Below are positions 21,915 through 34,625 of a DNA stretch of 49,845 nucleotides, in pieces. Position numbers and translations under genes: made by a program. The DNA lies in NCBI RefSeq assembly GCF_004010195.1, contig NC_057719.1, forward strand, positions 9,282,037 through 9,331,881. The letters are read 5' to 3'. The first letter of the stretch is position 1; each line of letters starts with the position of its first letter. Source of the stretch: Chiloscyllium plagiosum. Lineage: Eukaryota. The notes under the pieces were generated by a model. The model searched no databases, was not told the origin of the DNA, and saw only the letters and a list, made by a program, of their open reading frames with translations.

Positions 21915-22458
21915 CATTCCATATTCATGTATGGATCTAAATGTCTTGTAAACATTGTAACTATACCAGTTGTGTCCACCACTTCCTCAGGAAGCTCGTT
22001 CCACACACGAACCACTCTCTGTGTAAAACAAATTGCCTGTCATGTCTTTTTAAAACCTTTCTCCCCTCACCTCTCACCCACTGGTCTTGACCTCCCCCAC
22101 CCTAGAGAAAAGACACCTGCCATTCACTTCATCCATACCCCTCACGATTCTATAAACCTCTCGAAGCTCACCTCTCAACCTCCTATGCTCCAGTGAAAAA
22201 GACCCCAGCATATTCAGCCTCTCCCCCTAACTCAAAACTTGTTGAATCTTTCTCTTTTGCCTGCCAGAGCAGCTTCCATATTGGTATGGACTTGAACCAG
22301 ATGTTCTGTCGATGCTGCAGCTATGCGTCCCCAAGAACCCAGCTTCAAAAGATCATCAATCATAATTTAATTTTTCCAGTTAGCTATCTTGTTATTTAGG
22401 AGGATGGAGACAGTTTTTTTTTCAGGAAAATCTTAAAGGAGGAGAGATATTGAGGAGG
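21915..22458. repeat. Right arm of the ~540-bp inverted duplication
   Basis: Collinear reverse-complement match to 20595-21134 with substitutions and a few 15-20 bp indels. Confidence 0.93.
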
Positions 22459-22564
22459 CAAGGCTTTGGAAAGGGTATTTGTTTGGTTGATAGCTCTTTC
22501 AGAGAGCTGGCATTGGCGTGACAGGCTGAATAGCCTCTTTCTGTGCTCCAGAGTTCTATGGCTG

Positions 22565-23545
22565 GGTGGGAGGATGCAGAGATGCTTCAGTGAGATTTGG
22601 ACAAGTTGAGTGATTGGGCGATTGCATGGCAGATGATGTATAATGAGGATAAATGAGAAGCTATCTACTTTGGTAGCAAAATCAGGAAGGCAGATTATTA
22701 TCGGAATGATGTTGAATTGGGTGAAGGAGAAGGTGCAATGAGACCTGGGTGTCCATGTACACCAGTCACTGAAGGTGAGAATTGCAGGTACAGCAGGCAT
22801 TGAACAAGGCAAATGGTCTAAAATAAAACCAAATTACTGTAGGTCTAACTGACCTAAAAAGGGTCAGTTAGAGTCGAAACATCAGCTCTTTTCTCTCCTT
22901 AGATGCTGCCAGACCTGCTGAGATTTTCCAGCATTTTTCTTAAGGCAAATGGTCTATTGACCTTCATGGTGAGTGAAGTCAAATACAGGAGCGGAAAAGT
23001 CTTGCTGCAATTGTACAGGGCCTTGGTGAGACCACACTTAGTGTGCAGATTTGACCTCTTCATCTGAGGAAGGATGCTCTGCTCATCGAGAGAGAGCAAT
23101 GAAGGTTTACCAACCTGATTCCTAGGGTGGGAGGACTGATATATAAAGAGAGACTGGATTGATTGGGACTATATTCAGTGGAGTTTAGAGGAACGATGGA
23201 GGTGTCATAGAAGCCTATAAAGTTCTATCAGGATGAGACCATTTAAAACTCAGTAAGGATTTTCCCGATGGCAGGGGAGGTCACAGTCTGAACATTTGGT
23301 TCGGCCATTTAGGGCTGAGATGAGGAGACATTTCTTCACTCAGAGAGTGGTGGGTCTGTGGAATTCTTCACCTCAGAATGTGGTTGTGGCCAAAATATTG
23401 AATGTTTTTAAGTAGGAGTGAGATATAGTTGTGAGGGTTAAAAGGATGACAGGGTATGGGGACAAACTGGGAACAGGGTGATTTATTTGGATGATCACAC
23501 TGAGTGTGAAGGAGGCTCCAAAGTCCTATTCCTTTTCCTATTCCT
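22565..23545 (+). mobile_element. Old CR1 LINE 3' portion with a nested PLE remnant (about 22820-22940)
   Basis: Degenerate LDKLSDWAIAWQM, DLGVHV and LQLYRALVRPHL peptides plus the CR1 tail. Confidence 0.8.
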
Positions 23546-24021
23546 GCTCCTACTTTTGATGCTTCTTCTATGTTAACAAAAACATCCACTGTTGTCAAAG
23601 GGATGTATTCTAAAATGCAGGTTGTCAGTTGCTTCCTTGTCAATGGCTATCAACCCCTTTGCCTCGGCAGTAACAGTGATATGTTAGATTGCTATTCGTT
23701 GCTTTTTTCAAGAATAAATCAAGGCCAAGAACACAGAGTGACACTGAACTGCTTATAACAATTCTTTCTCTGATCTCAGAACACTGTGCAGTCGAAGGCC
23801 TCTGCACTGTCAATCAGATTTGTAGCATGCAATTCTACAAGGTTGAACTGTGGTTCTTGTGGTGATAGATGCTGAATAATGTTTGCTTACATCAAAGCAT
23901 CTTCCATCCCTCATCTCTGCTGAGCCAGCTGATCACAGGCAAAGCCTCACATTTTAGAAGCCAAAATAACACGGCTCCTGGACCACCACTGGAAGGCTCT
24001 TGCAGGAAGGCGTGCACAGTA

Positions 24022-24478
24022 ATAAGACCGTAAGATATAGGAGCAGAAATTATACCATTCAGCCCATCAAGTCTGCTCTGCTATTCAAGTTTCTCATCCC
24101 CATTCTCCCATTTTCTCCCCATAACCCTTGATCCCTTTGATACTCAAGAACCTATCTATCTCCGTCTTAAATATACTGAATGACCTAACTTCCACAGCCT
24201 TCTGTGGCAATGAATTTCAGAGATTCCCCACTCTCTGGCTAAAGAAGTGTCTCCTTATCTCTGTTCTAAAAGGTCTTCCCTTTACTCTAAGGCTGTGCCC
24301 TCGAGTCCTAGTCTCTCCTACTAATGGAAACATCTTCTCAATATCCACTCCTTCCAGGCCATTCAGTATTCTGTACGTTTCAATTAGATCCCCCTCATCC
24401 TTCTAAACTCCATCGAGTATAAACCCCCAAGCATTCCTCATATGTTAAGCTTTCCATTTCTGGGACCATCTTCATGAA
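24022..24478 (-). mobile_element. CR1 LINE 3' fragment
   Basis: Reverse-complement 3' ORF2 and tail, including 'gatataggagcagaaatta...ccattcagcccatc'. Confidence 0.8.
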
Positions 24479-24736
24479 TAGGGCTTGAAGACTGGCTCTA
24501 AGCCCCGACTTTGTTTCGATTCCCTCACCTTGTGAACATTCACTGCAGAATGGCTGTATGCGAATGGGTTGCTGGGGTTTGTGGAAACACATCTTTGCTT
24601 CAGCTTCTCTCGGGGAGGAAAGAGGCGAATCAGAGAGTAAATCAAGTAAGAATAGTGCGGACTCTACAGTAATACCCAAAGACATTTAAAATAGGAAGGT
24701 GAATTGTGTCCTTTGTTCAGCAAAAACATAGCAGGG

Positions 24737-25525
24737 AGATGATGGCATGGTGATGGACTAGGTTCATGCTCTGGGGAGATGGTTCAATTCCCACTGCAGC
24801 AGATGATAAAGCTTGAATTCAATAATAATCTGGACTACATAACGAAACAGACCTCCTGGTGACCATGAAAATACTGTTGTTTCTTACATAGGAAGAGGCC
24901 ATTTGGCCCTTCGAGCCTGGTCTGCTGATCATCCAAGTCAACAGTCTACATTCATTTTCATCAGGCCCTTTAGCCCCAAGTGCTACAATGACATTTGGAC
25001 AGGTACATGAATGGGAAAGGTTTAGAGGGATATGGATTAGATGTAGGCAAATGTGACTGGTTTGGTTTGGGAAACATAGTTGGCATGGAAGACTTGGACT
25101 GAAATGTCTGTTTTTAATGCCATATCACTCTTGACTTTATAACTCCTTCTGCAAATCATACAATGTTTTGTATGACCACTTTCTATGGTCGAGAATTCCA
25201 CAGGCTCCCCAAACACTGGGTGAAGAAATTCCTCCTGATCTCAGTCCTAAATAACCTGCCCTGCATCCTTAGACCATGCGCCCTGGTTCTGGACATACCA
25301 GTCATCATCCTTCCAGCCCCTACACTGTCTAGTTCTGTTGCAAAATGTCAATTGGTTGACTAATGTCCTTTAGGGAAGAAAATCGATCATCTGTACTTTC
25401 TCTGGCTTACACGTGACTCCAGTCTCCAGATCTGCACTGATGTGTTTGATTCTTAATTCGAGGGGAAATCAGGGTGGGCATCAAATACTGGCTGTGTTAG
25501 CATCACTACCATCCCACGAATGTAA
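24737..25525. mobile_element. Nested cluster: SINE (+) > LINE tail (-) > CR1 tail (+, about 24988-25138)
   Basis: The SINE head lies at 24737-24880 and its body resumes at about 25350. Confidence 0.65.
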
Positions 25526-25774
25526 AAGGAACTGCTTCTCATCTGACCTTTGCTTCGGATTAAAAGTTGCATCTAAAAGGCAGAAATTGCAAAATCCTTA
25601 AATGCTTTCTAAGGCCGAGGAAAGCCTTTCAATAAGTTGATATTAAAAAAATATGAACAGACTGAGCAGAAGAGAGACAGAACCAAATACTTCACTTCTA
25701 TCCCGAAATTGCATTGTTGCGACAAAAGTAAGTGATATCTGTCTTTAAGAAGTTGGATTATTGACTGCTTAAGA

Positions 25775-26110
25775 ATAGAATAGAATCCCGACAGTGTGGA
25801 AGCAGGCCATTCGGCCCATTGATTTAACACCATCCCTCCTACTACTGTGCTGACCCCCCCCACCACCTCCTGCATTTCCCATGGGTAATCCACCTAGCCT
25901 GTAAATCCCTGGATGCTATGTACAATTTAGCAGGGTAAATCCACCTAGCCTCCAATCCTCTTGATTGTGGGAGGAATCCAGAGCACCCAGAGGAAAAATA
26001 CACAAACACAGGGACAACATACAAACTTCACACAGACAAGGGTCCAAGGGTGGAATTGAACGTGGGTTGCTGGCGCTGTGAGGCAGCAACGCTAACCACT
26101 GAGCCACTAT
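25775..26110 (-). mobile_element. V-SINE (HE1-like)
   Basis: Reverse-complement head 'ggaattgaac...gctaaccactgagccac' plus V-domain. Confidence 0.85.
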
Positions 26111-26119
26111 CCTGAATGA

Positions 26120-26307
26120 CAGTGGTGGAGGCTGGTACAACTGCAACATTTAAAAGGCATTTGGATGGGTATATGAATAGGAAAGGTTTGGAGGGATATG
26201 GGCCAGGTGCTGGCAGGTGGGACTAGATTGGGTTGGGATATCTGATCAGCATGGACGAGTTGGACCAAAGGGTCTGTTTCTATGCTGTACATCTCTATGA
26301 CTCTATG
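26120..26307 (+). mobile_element. Young CR1 3' tail
   Basis: Near-identical to the reverse complement of 12395-12585; ends ctctatgactctatga. Confidence 0.9.
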
Positions 26308-26634
26308 AAGAGAATGGAGTTTGCTAATCTCTGAGAACTTGTTCCTGTATCCAGAGGCTGGTCAGTGCCTGAAGCTCACTGCCTGAAGGCATGGTAGAAG
26401 CAAGACCCCTTAAGACCTTTGAGAAGTATTTAGATGAGCACTTGAAATGTCATAATATAAGTCTATGGGCCAAATGATGGATAGTGGGATGAGATTAGGT
26501 GGATGTTGGATGACCAGCATGGACACAATAGGCCCAAAGGCATCTTGCTTTTATGTAAAAACTCTATACAACTTCACTGCATTCACTCAGAAATTTGGAA
26601 GCATCTATTGGATGGTAGACATTTTGGTGAGATT

Positions 26635-26755
26635 GGATTCTTATGGTGCGATGGTAGTCCCGCTACCTATAAGCTAGGAGGCCCTGGTTCATGTCCCATC
26701 TGCTCCCGAGACGTGCAATAACATGCCAGAAGAGATTGATTAAAATTATTTACAA
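26635..26755 (+). mobile_element. Short tRNA-derived SINE
   Basis: A-box-like TGGTGCGATGG and B-box-like GGTTCATGTCC. A related minus-strand copy lies at about 37310-37420. Confidence 0.55.
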
Positions 26756-27547
26756 ATAGCAAGAATTAAGCATCTCACAAGAGATGTTTACGAAATAAAT
26801 TAGGAGAGGAAGGATTGGGAGAAGGATGGGCTGTGAGGAAAACATAATTACAGGATAAATGAGATACAAAGCTAAGAATTAAAAGCTGTAAGCAGGAATC
26901 TAATAGTGTAGATTACGACAACATTGGTAAATGTAGCTACTGCAGTGTGAAGCTAATGCACATGGAATGATAAACAATGGACATATGGTTGAAAACTACG
27001 ATCATATGGTTGCCTTGGAAGAGATCTGATTTTCTAACAGCAAGAACCTAAGGGAGGATACGAGAGCAATCACAAAGAATGGTTTAACTGGAGATGATGT
27101 GGTGGAGATGGGTATAGAATCAATCTTTTCTCAACTGAAAGCTGAGATAAAGAAATGAATTAACTCAAAGATAAACAAGAGACAGCAACAGCAGAGAGAA
27201 AGGGGCAATCTCTGGGAGGACACAGCAGTGTTAAAGAAGAGAGCATTCAACTGAATCTATCAAATCGAAATTCTAAAAGTCTTAAATAAGGATGAAAAGG
27301 AAAAGGCTGGAAAAACCATCCACACTGGCAGCATCTGTGGAGAGAGAAATAGAGTGAATGTTTGCTTCAGGACAATGAATGGGTGAGAAAGAGAAAGGTC
27401 AGAATTTTGAAGCAAGACGAAAATACAATGAACAATGAAGAAGGTCCAGGACTTCAAGCAGTGAAATCTTTTTTGATATAAATTGATCCATCATTGGGAT
27501 GAGAGCTTTAACGTTTATCAAAGTATTTGTACCCGATGAGGTACATC

Positions 27548-27722
27548 AGTCCAAAGATGTGCAGATTAGGTGGATTGGCCATGCTAAATTTGCTCATAAA
27601 AGTCCAGGAATTTGCAGCTATGTGGGGTTACAAGGATAGGTTGGATCTGGGTGGGATGCTCACCGGAGGGTCAGTGTGGACTCGATGGGTCAAATGGCCT
27701 GCTTCCAAACTGGAGGAATTCA
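27548..27722 (+). mobile_element. V-SINE 3' half
   Basis: 'cagtccaaagatgtgcagattaggtggattggccatgctaaatt'. Confidence 0.8.
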
Positions 27723-29684
27723 ATGAAAGTGATACTTATCTTAGTTCCCAAGCTAGAATTGGGTAATGTAGATTGTATAATTTTTTTATAGGTCCTGTTA
27801 TATATTAAAGTCACAGGTGCTTTGGTGTCAGGGACAATATTAACCTATTCAGTTACAAACTAGTCAGTAGCATGCTTCCATCAGTATATCATGGCCCGAG
27901 TTAAGATAAAGACTGAGACCTTTGTACACTCAGGTCACATGCTATGCTATGGTGATGATCTCATTGGCATGTCTTTTGAAGGGTTACTGCATACTAGATA
28001 TGAATCATAACATAACTGCAAGGGTCAAAAAGAGCATCCAAATGAGGTATGGATTGCTTTATAAAAACCAGCTTGAAGGAATAAACAGAGAAACCAGAAA
28101 ATTAAACTAGTAAAATAAAGGGGAATGAATAAAAGCACACAGAAAAAGCTGAAAGCAGAGGTTATGATGAAAGGTTCAGTTCAGAAGGGCGTGGTGTGCT
28201 GACGAGGAAGGTAAAATGGAAATTCAAGTAAATCTCATGGTTGCCTCGAGCATGTGATGTATGATTGGAATGAAGAGGAAAAAGCAAAGTGCATATAAAT
28301 CAAATACTGATGTTTCTATATCCTGCAGTTTGCTTTTTTAAAAAATTGAAAGTACTTGCAAATGCAAATAGATTTTCCTTTTCGGCAGGTGATGAAAAAT
28401 TTCTGATTTCGAAAATATATATATTGCATTGCGCATCTCTTAGTTATTTCTGTCTGTACCCAGATATCTGACTATTTATTTACTTATTTTTTCACACTCT
28501 ATCACAGCAAGTGTGATGTGCGCAGACAAAAAATATGTTTTCAGCTTATGACATTCTTCAACGCAGAGTGTTACCACTCCGATGCTATAAAAGTGAATTT
28601 AATTACAATACAGTCCACATACTTCATCAACTTCCTCCATTAGTTACATAATTATCTCAAGTAATTGCTTGTGTCCTATGAAACATTTTTTAGCTCACAA
28701 CATACTTGTGTTGGCAGAATTGGCTTTGGTTTATAAGATGCCTTGTGAAATCATGTAGCATGGAGTTGCTAAGTTAATTCATCAGTTCGTTCTACTGACG
28801 GAAGTCAGTACACCCGAATGTAAAATATATTTGCAATCAGACTAATAAAAGCAAACCATATTTATCTGTGATGCCATATTCTTTTGAGAGGCTAGTTTCA
28901 TGAAGTGCATTGAAATTATTCCTAAATTATGTTTGCTTGCATTATCTTCTTATTCCTCCAACTTCTCACCCCTAAAACCTTCTAAGGTATCTGCACTCTT
29001 CCCATTCTTGCCTTTTGTGCCTCCCTCATTTTAGTTGATCACTTTGGCTTTTGTTATCTATCCCCCAGCTCAGTGGTCTGCAGATTTTCTGAGCACAAGA
29101 TGACTTTTGGAATTTAAGTGCAATGTGGGATACATCCCCAAGAAAATACAGAATAAACAGTTTGCTTTTACTGCATTAAAAATCTAAAACTAAGAATATA
29201 TAAATCTAAATCCAAGAATATATAATAATTCATTTTGTCTTTGATTCACCAAGTCTCCATCTGGTACCTATGACTGCACATTATCTGCCATTACTTGATG
29301 TCTGGTTTGGTGGTTTGAGACTGCGAGTTGTACACAGCCCATCAAATGGCTCTCTCTAATACCGATACGATTCTCAGACTTGATTGTGGGAGAACATGGT
29401 CTCGCAGAATGCATTTGGAGCCTAAGTAAGGAGGGTGATAGGAGTGGGCATGTTATCCTTTATGAGTACCCCAAATATCACTGTCTTTTGATCTAACTTT
29501 CTGCTCAATATCATTTACTTGGTAATTATCGCCACTGCTTTGTAAACTGAAGACCTGATGGAAATTGGCAGTAGGTACAGTAGCATGATGATTGACGTGT
29601 GCACAGTGAGGAAACATGGGCAGAGGTGTTGAGGTCACCTGTGAGGGATTCTGTGATCGACCAGCCGATTGTGATCCACATGCA

Positions 29685-29880
29685 AGAGACCATGCCCTGA
29701 AACCATGAAATCCAGTCCTGAAATCTCTTTGACTCGCTACTTTGGACTCCTCCTTTATGCTGTTTCTTAAACTCTCTTGTTTTGGCGTAGCCTTTGGTCA
29801 TCCACCCTGTTAACTGTGATTCTGTGCCAAATTTTGTTAAACAACGCTTATGTAAAGTCTCTTGGGACGTATTACTATGT
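29685..29880 (+). mobile_element. Old L2-like 3' end
   Basis: 'gcctttggtcatc...tgtaaagtctcttgggacgtattactatgt' resembles L2-type tails. Confidence 0.5.
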
Positions 29881-30525
29881 ACCGAGGAGTGGCAAATGGA
29901 GTTTAATTTAGATAAATGTGAGGTGTTTCATTTTGGAAAGGCAAATCAGGGCAGGACTTACATAGTTGATCGTAGGGCCCTGGGGAGTGTTGCTGAACAA
30001 AGAGACCTTGGGGTGCAGGTTCATAGTTCCTTGAAAGTGGAGTTGCAGGTGCAGATAGGGTTGTGAAGAAGGTGTTTGGTATACTAGTCTTTATTGGTCG
30101 GTGCATTGAGTATCAGAGTTGGCAGGTCATGTTGCGGTGGTACAGGGCATTGCTTAGGCGACTTATGGAGTACTGTGCGCAATTCTGGTCTCGCTGCTAT
30201 TGCAAAAATAATGTTAAATTTGAAATGGTTCAGAAACGTTTTACAAGGATGTTGCCAGGGTTGGAAGGTTTGAGCTATAGGGAGAGGCTGAATAGGCTGG
30301 GGCTGCTTTCCCTGGAGCGTCGGAGACTGATGGGTGACTTTATAGAAGTTTATAAAATCATGAGGGTCATGGACAAGGTGAATAGACAAAGTCTTTTCCC
30401 CAAAGTGAGGGAATCTATAACTAGAGGGCATAGGTTTAAGGTGAGAGGGCAATGATACAACAGGGACCTAAGGGGCAACTTTTCCATGCAGAGGGTGGTG
30501 CGTGTATGGAATGAGCTGCCAGAGG
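29881..30525 (+). mobile_element. CR1 ORF2 C-terminal fragment
   Basis: EEWQMEFNLDKCEVFHFG...EYCAQFWS...RGHRFKVRG...QRVVRVWNELPE. Confidence 0.92.
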
Positions 30526-31495
30526 TGAAGCTACCCCCTCTCGTTCTGTTTTCTTTTATCCAGCCCACTCATGATTTTGAAAACCTCGATCAAATCTCCT
30601 CTGTGCCCTCTCCTTTCCAAGGAGAACATTCCCAATTTCTTCAATCTAACCTCATCACTGAAGTTTCTCATTCCTAGAACTATTCTCGTAAATTGCTTCT
30701 GAACTCTCTCCTGCCAATTGACATCTTTCCCATAGTATGGCTTCCACAAAGGGACACAACATTCTAGCTGAGGTCGAACAGGTGTCTTGTTCAAGTTCAC
30801 AAAAAAACCAAGAACTGTGGATGCTGGAAATCAGAAACAAAATCAGAACTTGCTGGAAGAGCTCAGCAGGTCTGACAGCATCAGTGGAGAGAAAGCAGAG
30901 TTAACATTTCAGGTCCAGTTATCCTTCCTCAGAAAGCTTCTTATGTTCTGAAGAAGGGTCACTGGACCCAAAACGTCAATTCTGATTTGTCTCCACAGGG
31001 ATTTGCAAATTCTCCCCGTGTCTGCGTGGGTTTCCTCCGGGTGCTCCGGTTTCCTCCCACAGTCCAAAGATGTGCAGGTTACGTGGATTAGCCATGGGAA
31101 ACACAGGTTATAGGGATGGATAGGGAGTGGGTCTGGGTGGGATGCTGTTCAGAAAGTTGGTGTGGTTCAGAAAGACACTGTTAGGCTGAATGGCCTGTAG
31201 GGATTCTATGATATGCTGTCAAATTCTATGATTCTATGCTGCCCAGACCTGCTGAACTTTTCCAGTAAATTTCTGATGTTGATTGAACAATACTTCCTTG
31301 TTTGTGCATTCCATGCCCGCATTATTAAAGCCGAGAACACCATATGCTTTATTAACTGCTCTCTCTAACTGTCCTGCCACCTTCAATGATCTGTGCACAT
31401 ATACACCAGGTCCCTGTGGCTCCTGCATGCCCTTTTGAATTGTACCCCCTTTTTATTTTGCCTTTCAGGGTTGTTCTGACCAAAGTCTATAACTA
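30526..31495 (-). mobile_element. CR1 fragment (minus) hosting a PLE foldback (about 30800-31280) that itself hosts a V-SINE (about 31001-31210)
   Basis: VRPQLECCVPLWKP...RGDLIEVFKIM at 30531-30800 continues as VYVHRSLKVAGQ at 31280-31430. Hammerhead remnants lie at about 30897-30933 (-) and 30948-30984 (+). Confidence 0.85.
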
Positions 31496-31911
31496 TACAC
31501 TTGCTTTCATTGAATTGAATATGCCACAGCCGCGGGATTATTCGTCTAACCACTTTGTCTCGATACCATCAGATCCTCCTCAGGTGTGAGGACTCATTCT
31601 CTGGGTCAAATGTTGGATAGTATCAGATTAGCTTGTTGATAACAAGCCGGTATGGTGTGGAGAGAGTTACCACATTGTGCAGCATTGAAGAGGATATTAA
31701 ACCGCAAGAGTCTCGGACCACAGGGCATAATCTCAGAATGAGGGGCTCACATATTTAAGACAGAGACGAGGAAAAATTTCTTCTCTCAGAGGGGAGTGAA
31801 TCTATGGAATCCTTTACCGCAGAGGTCTGTTCAAGGCTGAGAGATTTTTAATTGGTCAAGGAATCAAGGATTACAGAGAAAAGGTAGGAAAGTGGAGGTG
31901 TGGATTATTAG

Positions 31912-32116
31912 CGTCGAGAGTGTGTTGCTGGAAAAGCACAGCAGGTCAGGCAGCATCCAAGGAGCAGGAAAATCAACATTTCAGGCTGGAGCCCTTTATC
32001 AGGAATGGGATTCTGATGAAGGGCTCCTGCTCCTCGGATGCTGCCTGACCTGTTGTGCTTTTCTAGCAACACACTCTCGACTCTGATCTCCAGCATCTGC
32101 AGACCTCACTTTCTCA
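31912..32116. mobile_element. PLE foldback insertion with a 14-bp TSD inside a CR1 tail (about 31710-32200)
   Basis: TSD gtgtggattattag at 31898-31911 and 32117-32130. Inverted arms gtcgagagtgtgttgct.../...agcaacacactctcgac. Confidence 0.92.
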
Positions 32117-33139
32117 GTGTGGATTATTAGATCAGCCAAGATCGCGTTCCATACTGGAGCAGACTCGATGGGCTGAATGGCCACCTTTTTCTCCTACATC
32201 TTACCGTCATGTTTATGTTGTCCTGACGGGTGGTACTAAAAAGCTGAGGCCTGGCCAACATTCTTCACTGAAAACAAAACATGACAGCAGAAAAAAAAGT
32301 CGCAGGTTAATATTCCAATGCTGTGTGCATCACTTTACTGTGCAGATTAGCTGCCTCGTTTGCATACATAATAGCCACATAGTGCACTCGGAAAGCTGGC
32401 TCATTGAGGCATTTCAATGCGATGAGGTGCAATGCAAATACATAATTATTGTTTTTTTACAAAGCAGTGCACCAGCAGCATTCCTTTCCCAACATGATTG
32501 ACAAGATGCCTGTCACTCCCCTAATCAAAGCGGCATCTCATCACCGTGGGAGGGAGTTTTGTCATCTGCCACCATTTTGACTGTTGGCATTTAAATTTGT
32601 AAAAACAAAGGCAGTGGAGCATCAGGGGGTGGGGTCAAATATCCCCCGAAGGGTTAGTGTCTGATCCAATCATTGGTGCCCAACATGAGCCAACATGTGA
32701 CAGTGTCTCTTTGGCTGCAACAATGAAAGCACACGTGGAAAAAATGCTCAATCTTCCTGTGCACTCAACTGAAGCAAGGATGCTTCACATACACAACGGT
32801 TCGGCATAAAAGAAATCCAGCCATCGAGAAGAATGAGAAACTCTGTGTAAATATTCATGCCAATTTCAATTTTCTGACAGAGAAAAACAAGCTCGGGAAC
32901 AAAACGTTGCCTCGTGCAGGGGCCACCGACATGTTTACCTCACATTGCCTGCACGCTCACTCAGAAAGATACATAGATCCTGCAGCGGAGTTATTTGAAG
33001 CAACTCAGCTTAAATGACATCGCTCATTTTTGAATGCAGATTTCCTTCAGTGTTTAGGCAGTAGGTGAGGAGTCAAGTTTTTTACAGAATAAACCATTGC
33101 TGTAATCTAATGATTAGTTCTTTCACTAAAGGTGCAAAT

Positions 33140-33522
33140 CGCACACAGAACTCATGAACACACACAAATTCTCAAACACATGGACACTCACCTACAGTTA
33201 TTTATCTATATATACATATATTATATACAAAATACTCTTTCTCACTTACATGCTCACATATACACATGCACACACATAGACACAAACTCTCACACACTCA
33301 TTTACGTGCACACACACTTTCAAATACATGTATACACATGCACACACTCATGCACAAATGCTCACACATACATACACTCATTTACATGCAGACACACATA
33401 CACACACAAACTCTCAGATACACAAGTCATTTACATTGACAACATACAGTCACAAAGACATTCACACTCATACACACAAACACACACGTACACTCACTTC
33501 AATACACACTCTCACACACCAA
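33140..33522 (+). repeat. Degenerate (CA)-rich low-complexity tract
   Basis: Imperfect CA/TA repeats that produce the His/Thr-rich ORFs in the track. Confidence 0.9.
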
Positions 33523-33684
33523 CAAAGTTTAATTTTTTCAACTTTCCTTGAACAAAACTATGTTAAAGTATGAAAGCAAAATCAAACTGATTTTCATCCT
33601 TTACCTAAAATAAACCTTAGAAAAGTACCTTTGTGCTGAAATGCCTAATGTTTGAAAAGATTGTTTATGCAATGCAGACATTCG

Positions 33685-33995
33685 TTCATGGGCGAGTCAG
33701 CGTTTAATGGCTGTCCTTAATTGCCCCTGTACAGGGGTCAGTGTGTACCATTCTTGAACTGCTGCAATCCTTACGGTGTAGGGACATGCGCAATGCCATT
33801 AGGGAGGGAGTTCCAGGATTTTGTCCCAGTGAGAGTGAAGAACGGCAATATATTTTGAAGTCAGGATGTTGTGTGGCTTAGAGGACAGCCTGCAGGTCAT
33901 CATGTTGTCATGTATCTGCTGCCCATGTCCTTCTGGATGGTAGCGAATATAGATTTGGAAGGTGAGTATAAGGTGCCTTAGTGAATTACTGCAGA
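33685..33995 (-). mobile_element. LINE 3' end (family of 6960-7385)
   Basis: 'ggcaatatattttgaagtcaggatg' and 'ccttaattgccc' are reverse complements of that family's tail. Confidence 0.7.
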
Positions 33996-34004
33996 GTCAC
34001 AAAA

Positions 34005-34625
34005 GTAAAAGCAAAACAATGTGCATGTTGGAGACCTGAACCAAACACAGTGTGCTGGAGAAACTCAGCAGGGTCTGGCAACATCTGAGGAGACAGAAAC
34101 ACAGTTAAAGTTTCAATTCTGACTCTTCAGAATAAAAACAGGTTGGAAAATGGTGTTCATTTTATACTTCTGACAGAGTTGAAGAAGGGACAAAGGGAAC
34201 AGATGGTGGGAAGGCCCAATGCAAAAATGTTGCTATGTGGGATGAAAGAGGAATGACGATGTAAATTGGGTTTAAATTCAAGGTATTGAAGGTTTGTTGG
34301 GAGCAAAGTAAACAAAATATAAACAAGTAAGGGCATGGTTGATGAGCTGGAGTGGCGGGGGGTGGGGGGGTGCTGGAGAAAGAAATGTAAGAAAAATGGA
34401 GGACAGATGTCATTAGCGCCAGGTTCTGAAGCTGTGCAAATCAAAGTTGGGAAATATCCAGTCCGCGAAGCTGTAAAGTGGATAATGAGGTGTTGTTTTC
34501 CAAGCTTGCTTACGCTTCATTAGAACAGTACATCAACCCTCAGGGCTGCCTGACCTCATGTAGTCAGTCCTCCAGTTTTGGACTTAAAACTGACTTTATT
34601 TTGCTCTCCAGAGATGCTGCTAGCC
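34005..34625 (-). mobile_element. Old PLE 3' region
   Basis: Terminus 'tgctggagaaactcagcag..tctggcaacatctg', a purine-rich UTR, and a decayed 'aatgaggtgttgttttccaagcttg' resembling the LEEQHLI region. Confidence 0.6.

Noticed and set aside
24529..24608. Possible minus-strand exon ending AAG|GTGAGG
   Set aside because: The acceptor would be an unusual GAG and no frame gives a recognisable peptide.
33132..33573. His/Thr-rich ORFs
   Set aside because: Translation of a degenerate CA repeat.
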